Of a stretch of DNA of 64,000 bases, positions 50,851 to 62,749 are shown in pieces. The position numbers and the translations under genes are program-made. The notes beneath the pieces are model-generated. The model did not search any database. It was given only the letters and a program-made list of their open reading frames with translations, and had not been told where the DNA came from. Source of the DNA: Squalus acanthias. Its lineage: Eukaryota. Positions within the stretch are counted from its first letter, which is position 1. Each line of letters begins with the position of its first letter. The stretch is from contig CM059432.1 in the NCBI GenBank assembly GCA_030390025.1, positions 32,800,001-32,864,000 of the forward strand, given 5' to 3'.

Positions 50851-51504
50851 CACATTCACACACGAATGGACTACTGCGTCCATGGTATTTTACTGCAGCA
50901 TTAGTCACGACATTGGAAAGAAAGAAAATTGGAAGACAAAATGATATTTCCTCTAATAGCTGTAAGGGCGCAGTGAAAAGTGCTTGGGGCAGTCTTAATA
51001 CACGGAAAACGCTCTCTAGTGCTACAGTGGATATTGTGTGATGCAAAGAAGGTGGGTAAGCTACCTCAAATAGAATGAACTAAACCCTACCTTGTGGGAG
51101 AAGAGTACAATGCATGCGTGCAAGGCACCTAAAGCAATAGATCAAGGAGAGTCAAAAAGTTGGAACCAGCCACCCCCCATAGTAATAATGAGGAAATAAC
51201 TAACTGTAATTGTCTGTATGTTCCTCCCGCTCCCACATCTGACATTTGTTCTCGACTTAGGATATCAAATATACTTGGGGAAGTCATCAATATACAAATC
51301 TGTAACAGATAGAACAGAATGCAGCAATGGCATAAGAAACTACCTCAAAAGAAAAGCACATTTAAGACAGATTTCAAAGTTCTGCACACAAAGGAATCAG
51401 CACATGGAATAAGCTTCTAGGTAGGATAGTAGAGGCAAAAATACTGGAATCATTTAACAAACAATGAGACTGTGAGAAACTAGGAACTGTGGAGAAGCAA
51501 AGAA

Positions 51505-52175
51505 TTTATGTGGCCATGTATGTAAATCACCAAAAGCTAGTGGACGGGTACAAAAAGCAATCAAAATGGCTAAAGGAATGTTGGCCTTCATCTCAAGGGG
51601 GCTGCAATATAAAGGGGAAGAAGTTATGCTTCAGTTGTATAAAGCCTTAATCTGACCCCATCTTGAGTTCTGGGCACCGCATCTCAGGAAGGATATAATG
51701 GCCTTGGAGGGGATACAGTGTAGGTTCACCAGAATGATACTGGGGCTTAAAGGGTTAAATTATGAGGATCAACTTGGTTTGTATTACCTTGAGGATAGAA
51801 GGAGGGGTAATGTAATTGAGGTGTTTAAAATGATAAGATTTGATAGGGTAGATACAGAGAAACTATTTCCTTTGGTGGGAATACAGAACAAGGGTGCATA
51901 ATCTTAAAATACAGCTAGGCCACTTAGGAGTGAAACTAGGAAACACTTCTTCACACAAAGGGTCGTGAAAATTTGGAATGCTATCCCAAAAATGGACAAT
52001 GTGGTTGCTGGGTCAATTGAAAATTTCAAGACTTAGATAAGATTTTTGTTAGGCAAGGGTATCAAGGGATATGGAACAAAAGCGGGTAAATGGAGTTGAG
52101 GTACAGATCAGCCATGATCTAATTAAACGACAGAACAGGCTAGAGAGGCCGAAAGGCCTCCTCCTGTTCCTGTGA
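51505..52175 (+). mobile_element. CR1 3' part
   Basis: [22 protein letters not shown]...EKLFPLVG and the CR1 3' UTR. Confidence 0.85.
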
Positions 52176-52212
52176 GATTCTGATATAGATAATGGCTAGA
52201 TTTTTTCCCCCA

Positions 52213-52465
52213 ACTATTTCGAAGAAGAGCAGGGGAGTTATCCCAGGTATGCTGGCCAATATTTATCCCTCAATCAACATATCTAAAACAGATTATCAGG
52301 TCATCATCACATTGCTGTTTGTGGGAGCTTGCTGTGCGCAAATTGGCTGCCGCGTTTCCTACATTATAACAGTGACTGCACTTCAAAAATACTTCATTGG
52401 CTGTAAAGCGCTTTGGGACATCCGGTGGTCGTGACAGGTGCTATATAAATGCAGGTCTTTCTTTT
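52213..52465 (+). mobile_element. Deu-domain SINE 3' half
   Basis: actatttcgaagaagagcaggggagtt...gctatataaatgcaggtctttc. Confidence 0.85.
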
Positions 52466-52904
52466 AATGGATGAACTATGATGGAGCCTGGATGGTTTTC
52501 CTCATCTATATCCACCATGTGAACAATGGTTTCAAAAGCACGCATCCCAAGTAACTTTCCAATTTCAGCTGTTCATCAGGAGAGTTGTTGAGTGGAGAGA
52601 AGGAAACAGAAAAATAAACAAGTCATACCAGATAAATCTCTCGAGTCTGACAACAGATAACAGAACTGCAATGGTTGACTCTTGACTGCCCTCTGAAGTG
52701 GCCTAGCAAACGACATCAGTTGTATCAAACCACTGCATGCAGTGAATCAGGAAGGTGGTCACCACAAAATTCATACTTTCTACGTGAAAACCTAATCAAC
52801 AGCTGTACTCATACCTTACACCTTGAGGAAAATGTTATGATTGAACATACATTGGGTTATATAATCCCAACTCTTCTGACGTAACTTTTGGTCACCCCTC
52901 CAAC

Positions 52905-54016
52905 GGCCAAGATTTTCCCACATCAGCTATTTTCGTGACAAATGCCATAAGTTAGACCGTGTGTACCCCAATCCTCCAGTGGCAAACTCAATGTCAAATT
53001 TTACTGGAAAACTGATTTGAATACGCCCCAGCGAAGATAGTGACAGATCAGAAGTGGCGCAGCACGACGTAGTTTTAGGGATGAGAACCAGTAACGGCCA
53101 TCTTCATTATTGTTCATAGGGACTTGATATTTTTTTAAAAAATCATGAATGCAGAATTATATTGGTTAATATTGTCAGAACCAGAATATATAAATTGGAA
53201 GTTGAATGAATTATCATTTTAAAAAATACTACTTTAGATTATAATTTTGAATAAGTTACTTCACTTTTTATAATTATAGAAAAAAATCAAAAAGTTGGAA
53301 TGTTAGTTGCTCGTGCTACATTTCACCCATTTGGTCTTATTTTCATTAAGTAATTCAACAATTCATTTGAGCTTTAAGGTCTATTGAAATCTCAATTTTC
53401 TTAAAAACAAAGCAAGCTTCTACAGAACAGACATTAAATGATGTCCTCTAAAGCTAGTTTTAGTTGAACTCTGAAAGGGCTGCTAAAGGAACACCAGTTG
53501 GTGTTTTATGGATGTTTATTTTTTAACCAGGAAAAACACAATCTTGTTACTTGAGCTTTAGGTATTTTGTTGAAACATCTTTCTTTGCTGTGCCAACACC
53601 TCAGATACCATTGTTATTTGTGCAAAGGAAACAAATTTGTTAGAAGCTCAAAATTATTCACCATGTCATTTAAAAATCTGATGAATTAGTTATAAAATCA
53701 ATATCGTGCCCCTGCCAGGCTACCAGTGCCATTATTTTTAAGTTTAAGTGGCAGTGGCATGAAAACTGGTTTAAATTCAGGAAAATGGTGGCCAGCATTG
53801 ATTTTAATGGAGGGTGGAGTTAAGATAAATATCTTCCAACTGTTCTCAGAGAGGGTAATAGTGGAGTGGCTCAAAAGTTCCAGGCAAATAAGGAGTGGCA
53901 TAATTAATAGACACGTCATTTACTCCACAATTTCCTCTTGCTTTTGTGCCATTCAATGGTCCTTATGCGATAGTTATGCCATTGCAATGGTGCAAATCCT
54001 CAGTAAAATCTGGGCT
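52905..54016. mobile_element. Old Harbinger-type MITE (1112 bp) inserted in an L2 tail
   Basis: TIRs GGCCAAGATTTTCC / GTAAAATCTGGGCT. TSD AAC/GAC. Flanks (cttttggtcacccctc | tctcctttaactcagtgtc...aaggcgc) join into an L2 3' end. Confidence 0.6.
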
Positions 54017-54342
54017 GACGTCTCCTTTAACTCAGTGTCTATTTTTGTTTTCTTACGCCTCTGAAGCACCTTAGCGCACTTTTTGTTAAAGGCGCTTTTT
54101 TTAAATGCAATTTGTTATAAAATACAATCAGATGCCTTATATGAGTGTTAAGCTACAAGATGAACACTGCTGCTGAACTGAGTTATGCGGATGAGCTTTG
54201 ATGGCTGTTTAGCCTTTACTTATTCCCAACTATAGGACTCAGCCAACTGCTGAAGAAAGTAGCCAGAAACAGGGGCTGCTTTAGGCCCTCAGGAGGTTTG
54301 GATCGTTACAGTAACTTGGTTTGGATCGTTACAGTAACTGGA

Positions 54343-54348
54343 TTTATT
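54343..54348 (-). terminator. Probable ELP6 polyadenylation signal AATAAA
   Basis: First canonical AATAAA I found on the minus strand downstream of the ELP6 stop, ~530 nt away. Confidence 0.45.
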
Positions 54349-54876
54349 CCCTTGATCTAAAATACCAGTAAACTGAGTAATTAAAAATAGAACAGGTGAT
54401 TGCTCAGAAAGAAGGGAGAGTTGATAGTGTGTGCGGGAAGCAAAGAAAGAATAATTGAGGGTTTAAAAAGCCAAATGGAAAGATTTTCTTACAGTTTGAA
54501 CTGACGAACACTGCTGCTGAACTGAGTTATGCGGATATACGAGTCAGCAAATGGAAATATTGCAGTAACAAAACAGAAGTATTAAACTTTTATCTAGGTA
54601 ACGCAATGTAAAATCTGGTCCGGAAGTTGGATCTTTGTAGATGGTTTTATGTCCTTACAAATGTGACATAAATGCTATAGAATGCAATTTATACACCCTT
54701 TTGAAACTAAATTATCAAATACACAAGCGAACCAAAGGACTCAAAATAAATAGCCCTATTCATTGTATGAAGTCCAGGCATCTTGTACTGGTTCCCAGAT
54801 CATAAACAATTAAATCCATGTGCATTTCAAAAGGTTAAGAGTCCTCATGGTAGTGAAGCAATTCCAAAAGAATTCC

Positions 54877-55005
54877 CTAGAGCACAGATGATGAGGTTCC
54901 TCTGGCAAAAAAGGCAACATTTTTGTCTTGTATTTTGTACTGGAAGATTTTGGTAACATTCTTTTCAGCCTTTACAGGTGAGGGGGAACGCCAGGTTATC
55001 TTCAG
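54877..55005 (-). CDS. ELP6: Elongator complex protein 6, last coding exon
   Basis: tgcag|LKITWRSPSPVKAEKNVTKIFQYKIQDKNVAFFARGTSSSVL*, matching the ELP6 C-terminus (QYKIQDKSVSFFAKG..AVL). 129 nt, phase 0. Confidence 0.93.
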   Translation of the reverse strand: MKITWRSPSPVKAEKNVTKIFQYKIQDKNVAFFARGTSSSVL

Positions 55006-55619
55006 CTGCATGCAAGAGAGATAAAAAAAAATACATTTTTAGAAGGATTGGCAGTAAGAACTCAAGAAGCACATGCTTACGTTCATAGATTTCTGTCAGT
55101 AACCAAGGGACCACTTATGCTGCACATTAGCATTGGTGAAAAGCAATTTACACTCTACCAATTCTAAACTTACAGCATCAACCCAGAGTCAGGGTCTGTA
55201 CTGACTCCGAAGGGAAGTGGAGGGAGACCTTGTGGAGTCGCCCATCAATTGGGTTTGACACCACATGGAGTATAAATCCAGTGTCACGCTTTGTTTACAA
55301 ACTGCTCAAGGGATATTTATGGATGTCCTGGATACTTCTTAATAGGCTGTAACCATTTGTAACACTATTTGTAAGTTTTGATTGGTCCCCTTGGAGGACA
55401 AGACCAGATTTCTGATTGGAGGCCAAGACACACCCAGCAGTTGGTCTGGAATTTGTAGTTAGATCCTGCCTGCCTGAATAATCAAGATCTTTGCAATGTG
55501 TAATATGATCCATTCATTGTGACAGCCAGCTCCAGAGCTCAAAGTGCTAACACTACTGCTTTCAGAGAACAGACAGTGCTCACCCTCCCGGGTTAGGAGC
55601 ACTCACACTGGTGAGTTCA

Positions 55620-55890
55620 GATAGGAAGGGGTGCGGCCATGGAGGGATTTTAACACGAGGATGAGAATTTTTAAATCAAGGTGTTGGTGGACAATACTCC
55701 TCCTAATTTTTTTTTGGGTGCGCAGGACCTCCAGACATCTGCGGGGCCACGCGGCTTAGTGAGCACAGGGGTGATGGGTAAATGGGACTTGCAGCGTGTT
55801 AGGATACATGCAGCAGAGTTTTGGATGAGCTCAAGTTCATTGAGGTTGGAAGATGGGAGGCTGGTCATGAGAACATTGGAATAGTCGAGT
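55620..55890 (-). mobile_element. L2 fragment
   Basis: LDYSNVL..LP...LELIQNSAACILTR...ITPVL. Confidence 0.75.
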
Positions 55891-56120
55891 CCGGCAAATA
55901 ACACATAAATGTAATGTTATGCATGTTGTAGGACCAACACAGAATACGCTCTCACTTATTAAAATTCATTTACTTCCCATCTCGAGTTGCCCTTAAGAGG
56001 GTGGTACTGAGTTGCTTTCTTGAACCGCTGCGGTCTGGGTGGGGAAGGAGAACGTGGTGCAGGTGTAAAGGGGGTGGGGCTGAAAGAACGTGATCCAGGC
56101 CTAACATAGGGCAGGAGAAC

Positions 56121-58345
56121 ACCCCTCCCCACCACCCCCCCTTCGATCCCCGCTCCTCCCCCCCCCCCCTTCGATCCCCTCTCCTCCCCACCCCACCCTT
56201 CGATCCCCTCTCCTCTCCTCCCCACCCTTCGATCCCCTCTCCTCCCCTCCCCACCCTTCGATCCCCTCTCCTCCCCTCCCCCCCTTCGATCCCCTCTCCT
56301 CCCCACCCCCCCTTCGATCCCCTCTCCTCCCCTCCCCCCTCCTTCGATCCCCTCTCCTCCCCTCCCCCCCTTCGATCCCCTCTCCTCCCCTCCCCCCCTC
56401 TCCTCCCCTCCCCCCCCTTCGATCCCCTCTCCTCCCCTCCCCCCCCTTCGATCCCCTCTCCTCCCCTCCCCCCCCTTCGATCCCCTCTCCTCCCCTCCCC
56501 CCCCTTCGATCCCCTCTCCTCCCCTCCCCCCCCTTCGATCCCCTCTCCTCCCCTCCCCCCCCTTCGATCCCCTCTCCTCCCCTCCCCCCCCTTCGATCCC
56601 CTCTCCTCCCCTCCCCCCCCTTCGATCCCCTCTCCTCCCCTCCCCCCCCTTCGATCCCCTCTCCTCCCCCCCCTTCGATCCCCTCTCCTCCCCCCCCTTC
56701 GATCCCCTCTCCTCCCCCCCCTTCGATCCCCTCTCCTCCCCCCCCTTCGATCCCCTCTCCTCCCCCCCCTTCGATCCCCTCTCCTCCCCTCCCCCCCCTT
56801 CGATCCCCTCTCCCCCCCTCCCCCCCCTTCGATCCCCTCTCCTCCCCCCCCTTCGATCCCCTCTCCTCCCCTCCCCCCCCTTCGATCCCCTCTCCTCCCC
56901 TCCCCCCCCTTCGATCCCCTCTCCCCCCTTCGATCCCCTCTCCTCCCCTCCCCCCCCTTCGATCCCCTCTCCTCCCCTCCCCCCCTTCGATCCCCTCTCC
57001 TCCCCTCCCCCCCCTTCGATCCCCTCTCCTCCCCTCCCCCCCTTCGATCCCCTCTCCTCCCCTCCCCCCCTTCGATCCCCTCCCCCCCCTTCGATCCCCT
57101 CTCCTCCCCTCCCCCCCCTTCGATCCCCTCTCCTCCCCTCCCCCCCCTTCGATCCCCTCTCCTCCCCTCCCCCCCCTTCGATCCCCTCTCCTCCCCTCCC
57201 CCCCCTTCGATCCCCTCTCCTCCCCTCCCCCCCCTTCGATCCCCTCTCCTCCCCTCCCCCCCCTTCGATCCCCTCTCCTCCCCTCCCCCCCCTTCGATCC
57301 CCTCTCCTCCCCTCCCCCCCCTTCGATCCCCTCTCCTCCCCACCCCCCCTTCGATCCCCTCTCCTCCCCACCCCCCCTTCGATCCCCTCTCCTCCCCACC
57401 CCCCCTTCGATCCCCTCTCCTCCCCTCCCCCCCCTTCGATCCCCTCTCCTCCCCTCCCCCCCTTCGATCCCCTCTCCTCCCCTCCCCCCCTTCGATCCCC
57501 TCTCCTCCCCTCCCCCCCTTCGATCCCCTCTCCTCCCCTCCCCCCCCTTCGATCCCCTCTCCTCCCCTCCCCCCCTTCGATCCCCTCTCCTCCCCTCCCC
57601 CCCCTTCGATCCCCTCTCCTCCCCTCCCCCCCCTTCGATCCCCTCTCCTCCCCACCCCCCCCTTCGATCCCCTCTCCTCCCCACCCCCCCCTTCGATCCC
57701 CTCTCCTCCCCACCCCCCCTTCGATCCCCTCTCCTCCCCACCCCCCCTTCGATCCCCTCTCCTCCCCTCCCCACCCTTCGATCCCCTCTCCTCCCCACCC
57801 TTCGATCCCCTCTCCTCCCCACCCTTCGATCCCCTCTCCTCCCCACCCTTCGATCCCCTCTCCTCCCCACCCTTCGATCCCCTCTCCTCCCCACCCTTCG
57901 ATCCCCTCTCCTCCCCACCCTTCGATCCCCTCTCCTCCCCACCCTTCGATCCCCTCTCCTCCCCACCCTTCGATCCCCTCTCCTCCCCACCCTTCGATCC
58001 CCTCTCCTCCCCACCCTTCGATCCCCTCTCCTCCCCACCCTTCGATCCGATCCCCTCTCCTCCCCACCCTTCGATCCCCTCTCCTCCCCACCCTTCGATC
58101 CCCTCTCCTCCCCACCCTTCGATCCCCTCTCCTCCCCACCCTTCGATCCCCTCTCCTCCCCACCCTTCGATCCCTTCTCCTCCCCACCCTTCGATCCCCT
58201 CTCCTCCCCACCCTTCGATCCCCTCTCCTCCCCACCCTTCGATCCCCTCTCCTCCCCACCCTTCGATCCCCTCTCCTCCCCACCCTTCGATCCCCTCTCC
58301 TCCCCATCCTTCGATCCCCTCTCCTCTCCCCCCCACTCTTCGATC
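56121..58345. repeat. Polypyrimidine/polypurine minisatellite, core CCTTCGATCCCCTCTCCTCCCC, units mostly 24-29 bp
   Basis: Directly visible tandem array. The left part has mainly 28-29-bp units and the right part (~57780-58320) a uniform 24-bp unit. Confidence 0.98.
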
Positions 58346-58919
58346 TCCATTCAACCAAGAATGGCAGTCAAAGTTTTCAACCTCCCAATATCATTTTCCT
58401 CTGCAAGTATTCGGCCCCATCGCCACTCCTGGCCCGGAGCCCCAGCCAGCTCGTTGCACCATTGGCATCTGCAATTAGAACCAAATTCGAACGCTCCCCA
58501 AGGATACCCCTTCGATCCCCTCTCCTCTCTCTTCCCCCCGTCTGATCCCCTAATCTTCTCCCCACGGAGCTGAGGAAAGTGCTGCGGTGCAGCCGCCGTA
58601 CCCTTTGGGTACAGCCCATGCGCGACCGCATCGAGTGTGCGTACACGGTACCAAATAGGCACGCATGTGCAGAGAGAGTCAAAAATGCAGTGCAAATAAT
58701 CACGGCGTTCTTAATACTACCTTAATCGTATTGATATGTTGAGAGCAGGGATTATCCCCAACCTCGCTCTCCTTTCTAAATGCTTGCAGAGAAGTCTTCT
58801 CATTTCCAGATACACACGTTGCTGAGCTCTCTTCCAGCAACGTAAATAACGACCTACCTGGCTGGAACGCAAACTGCAGCTCTGGGTCTCAGCTGCAGCA
58901 CAAGTGCTGGGCGACAGGG

Positions 58920-59235
58920 CTATAGATGCCAACAGCCAACTTTCCCCAGATGGCTGTTCTTTATACGCGAGCTGGGACAGTGTTAGAATTGTTGGCCATG
59001 GGGTGCATTGCAGACGCCCTCCACCAGGGGTCACTGGATGGTGAATAGGAGTAGAAATTATAGCAGAATTTTTTTGCCCTTTCCAGCTCATCGGCACCGA
59101 GGGAAATGTAGCTCTCCGGTTGCTCTCCTGGCTGAGATCAGCTAACTCAGCACAGGTCAGGGATCCTGGGGCCTTCTGGCCTGTATGGTTCAGGGCCTCA
59201 CTATGCAGTGCATTTAACCACTAAGCATTCGGAAG
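58920..59235 (-). mobile_element. Ancient tRNA-derived SINE (AmnSINE2-like)
   Basis: cctggctgagatcagctaactcagcaca and gtgcatttaaccactaagc (reverse-complement A box region). Confidence 0.6.
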
Positions 59236-59413
59236 GAGTCATGCCTTATGAATCTGCTTGCAGTTTATGAAGTAGCTCAGTTTAATCACAAAATAATTAG
59301 CTGCGGGATTTTGAACTAGTGCGGAAATCTGACCATAGCTTATAGTAGCCCCTCAAAACAGGATTTAATCTTTACCGGAGCCGATCTTTTAAGGATCATT
59401 ACAAATATCGTAC

Positions 59414-59560
59414 CTGACCATGGATATCCTTGCAGTACCCAGTGGCCAATCCTTCTACCTGTAGTATCAAGTGGCACTGGTGACTCAGTGATTTGACCAC
59501 AAAATTATTTTCTTCATCTTCCAAATCCTCCGTGTCATGCACCAACACCACTAGGTTTCC
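59414..59560 (-). CDS. ELP6: Elongator complex protein 6, penultimate coding exon
   Basis: ttgcag|GNLVVLVHDTEDLEDEENNFVVKSLSHQCHLILQVEGLATGYCKDIHGQ|gtacg. 147 nt, phase 0/0. Contains the ELP6 motif EGLATG.C.D.HGQ. Confidence 0.95.
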
Positions 59561-59624
59561 CTGCAATACAAATGTTTTTCCCAAAAATATAGCATGAGTG
59601 ACTGCATTACTTGAAGGTATAAAA

Positions 59625-60238
59625 TACAACAACTTGCATTTATGTAGCAAGTAGTAAAACCTCCCAAGGCACTTCTCACAGGCACGTAATCAGACAAAAA
59701 TTGACACCAAGCCAAAGAGGGAGACATTAGGACAGGTGGCCAAACGCATGGTCAAAGAGGTAGGTTATAAGGAGCATCTTAAAGAAGGAAACAGAGGTGG
59801 AGAGGTTTAGGAAGGGATTTACAGAGCTTAGGACATAGACGACTAGATATACGGCCGCCAATGGTGGGGTGACAGAAGTGGGGGATACAGAACAGGCCGG
59901 AGTTGGAGGAACAGAGTTTTCGAAGGGTTGTAGGCAATGTTCCCTTTAAGCTGCGTGGCCGCACAGTGCTCCAGGGATTCCGTGCAGCCGGCTTTTCAAT
60001 GCAAAAACTGCACATGCGCGGTATTTTGAATGGGCCGCACGGCTCCCAAAAAAAATTGCAGGAAACATTGGTGGTAGGGCTGGAGGAGGTGACAGAGATA
60101 GAGAGGGACAATGGAAGGATTTGAGCACGAATGAGAATTTTAAAACTCGAAGCTTTATATGGACCGGGAGCCAATGTAGGTCAGTGAGCACAGGGGTGAT
60201 GGGTGAACAGGACTTGATGCGAGTTGGGATACGGGATA
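59625..60238 (-). mobile_element. L2 3' part containing a hAT MITE
   Basis: SPITPVLTDLHWLPV and the caacaacttgcattta tail. Confidence 0.85.
59935..60070. mobile_element. hAT-type MITE (136 bp)
   Basis: TIRs CAATGTTCCCT / AGGAAACATTG. 8-bp TSD GTTGTAGG/GTGGTAGG. Confidence 0.85.
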
Positions 60239-60299
60239 AAAACATTTATTCTCAATATTCCCCCTGCTGAAGGTACAGACTCACACTGGGTTACAGACC

Positions 60300-60600
60300 C
60301 ACAGGCTTCAGTATCTTGTCAAGTTGACACAGTGTAAAATTAGACAGTGAATGTGGCAGACTATTCAACCGTGGGGACAGCACAACTGAGTCCAATCCTA
60401 TCCTCGCCCAGTGTCCACACACTCCCTTTCCAGCAGTGGACATTAGATAGTGAGCAGGAGCAGACCAGGGTGCTGATGTTAATTTTAATACACTATCTTC
60501 ACTTCAGATTAGTTAACTCAAGACAGAATGAGAATCAAACCAGAGACCTTCCTGGTTGTTATATTGGAGTACCAGAACATTGTACTCGTATGCCAGCGAG
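60300..60600 (-). mobile_element. Ancient SINE (AmnSINE2-like)
   Basis: Homologous to 4795-4940 and 58920-59235. Confidence 0.5.
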
Positions 60601-60609
60601 AGAGCAGTA

Positions 60610-61455
60610 GTTATGAATTCGGAACAGGAATATGCCATTCAGCCACTCGGGCCTGCTCGACCATTCAATTACATCATATCTGATCTGTACTTCAACTCCA
60701 TTTTCCTGCATTTGCTCCATATCTCTTAATACCCTTAGCTAACAAAAATCTATCCATCTCAGGCTTGAAGGCTCCAATTGACTCATCATTCAAAGCCTTT
60801 TTTTTTGGCGGAGGGTGGGGGGGAAATAACTAGGTCTGACGAAAGGTCATCGACCTGAAATGTTAACTCTGTTTCTCGCTCCACAAATGCTGCCTGACCT
60901 GCTGGGTATTTCCAGCATTTTTTGTTTTTATTGCAAAAAACTGCTTCCTGATTTCTCTCTTGAATGGCCTAGCTCTAATTTTAAGTTCACATGGACTGCA
61001 GCGGTTCAAGGCAGCGGCTCACCACCACCTTCTCATGGGCAATTAGGGATGGGCAATAAGTGCTGGCCTTGCCAGCGACGCCCACATCCCATGAATGAAT
61101 ACTTTTTTTTTTAAAGATTATATCCCTTTGTTCTTGATTCCCCATCAGTGGAAATAGTTTCTCTGTATCTACTCTATCGAATCCTTTTGACATTTTAAAC
61201 ACGTTGATCAGGTCATCCCTCATTCTTCTATACTCAAGGAATACAAGCAAAGTGTATGCAAACATCCCCATAATTTAACCCTCTAAGCTCCAGTATCATT
61301 CTGGTGAATCTGCACTGCACCAGCTCCAAGGCCAGTATATCCTTCCTGAGGTGCGGTGCCCAAAACTGAACGCAGTACTCCAGATAGTGGTCTGACCAAG
61401 GCTCTATACAACAGAAGCAAGACTTCATCCCCTTTGTAGTCCAGCCCCCTTTAGA
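60610..61455 (-). mobile_element. CR1 3' part with nested Penelope fragment (60832-60935) and a poly-A LINE tail (60988-61112)
   Basis: [21 protein letters not shown]...FTRMI and EKLFPL. The nested pieces match other copies in the window. Confidence 0.8.
60832..60868 (+). ncRNA. Hammerhead ribozyme motif (Penelope type), slightly decayed
   Basis: CTGACGA+A, stem II AGGTC-atc-GACCT, GAAA, then TGTT-AACT (palindromic AACGTT altered by a C>T change). Confidence 0.6.
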
Positions 61456-62749
61456 CAAATATAATTGAAACAATATACAAAATGTTTAACTATCAAATGA
61501 TTTATTAAGAATTCTTGCAGTTTGAAGTGCTTACTTTGTTTACTGAGGAGATCAGATTGGTCTATTTGCTCAATATAGTATTGTTCTTTGTTCCATTATG
61601 TATCTTTTGTATATTCAACGCAGACATGCAAGATACTCTTATATGCCACAAGATAATAAAGTCAAAATGAGATAAATGGTGACTTTCTTTTTCTTCAATC
61701 TAATTGGATTTTTAAAATCAGATTTTCAAACTTTGTGCGGAACAGCCCTGCAAATACTGACACATCCAATGTTCCATAGCTTTCAGGCAGGAGTAAACCA
61801 TTGGTCCATCTAACTAACCCTCCAATTTACAAGATTATCCAAATGCATTTCTAGGTCTAATATTCTTGAATCTTAATTGCAGACAGCACCCTGTCTAGTT
61901 CTTTTTGAACTACGATGTTTCTCGTTCCACCACCCTTACTGGTAGTCTGTTCCTTATGTTGGTCACCTTTTACTGAAATAATTTGGCTTAAATTTCCCTA
62001 GTTCCCTTCACCATCCTTTAAATGTAAAGCAGTGAAATTCAAGAAGGCACTGACAATGTAAGGAAAAAATTTGCAGGGCTATGTGGAAAGAGCAGGGGAG
62101 TGGGACGAATTGGATAGCCCTTTCAAAGAGCCAGCACAGGCAGATGGACAGAATGGCCTCCTTCTATGCTGTATGATTCTACACCCTATTTCTCAGTTGA
62201 CAATCCATCTCATCCTAACTTCTGAAAGACTGGCAGCTATCCAAAGCAAATCTAGCATACAGCAGCATAAACATTGTGCAAGCAAGCCATCAAATATAGA
62301 AAAATCTGATGGCTTTGGAGACTACTGGAATTCCCCTCAAGGGATGCACTGGAGTTCAGGGATCCCACTTTGAAAACATGCATTGGTACGGTTTTCTGGG
62401 AATTGGCAGCAGTTGTTTTGAAACCAATGTTTAAAATCAGGAATGTTAAGATAGTACAAAGAGTTCTTGTCACTCAGATCCCAAGAACAAATATATACAA
62501 AAAAGCCAATGCAGTTGCAGGAGCAGCACTTCTTGCTTAACCAATTCATTACATTTCAAGAATCCAATGGGAGCTCTGAAAGAAGGAAGCCCTGCCTGAA
62601 AAGTAGAAGAGGATTTCTGCAGGAGAGGACAAGAAAAAACAGAATTTATTCCGTAACAAAAACTTTATTTAACAGAGACTCGATCTTAATCAGAAACTGG
62701 TCTTATTAAATCCAGTAAACAGATTACCTTAAGTGGGATATAGTTGTGA

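Noticed and set aside
56121..58345. CRISPR-like repeat array
   Set aside because: Head-to-tail repeats without unique spacers, in vertebrate DNA with no cas genes.
55959..58358. Three 750-800 aa Gly/Arg/Glu-rich ORFs on the minus strand
   Set aside because: All three frames are open only because the minisatellite unit has no stop codon. The region is intronic and the ORFs have no domain content.
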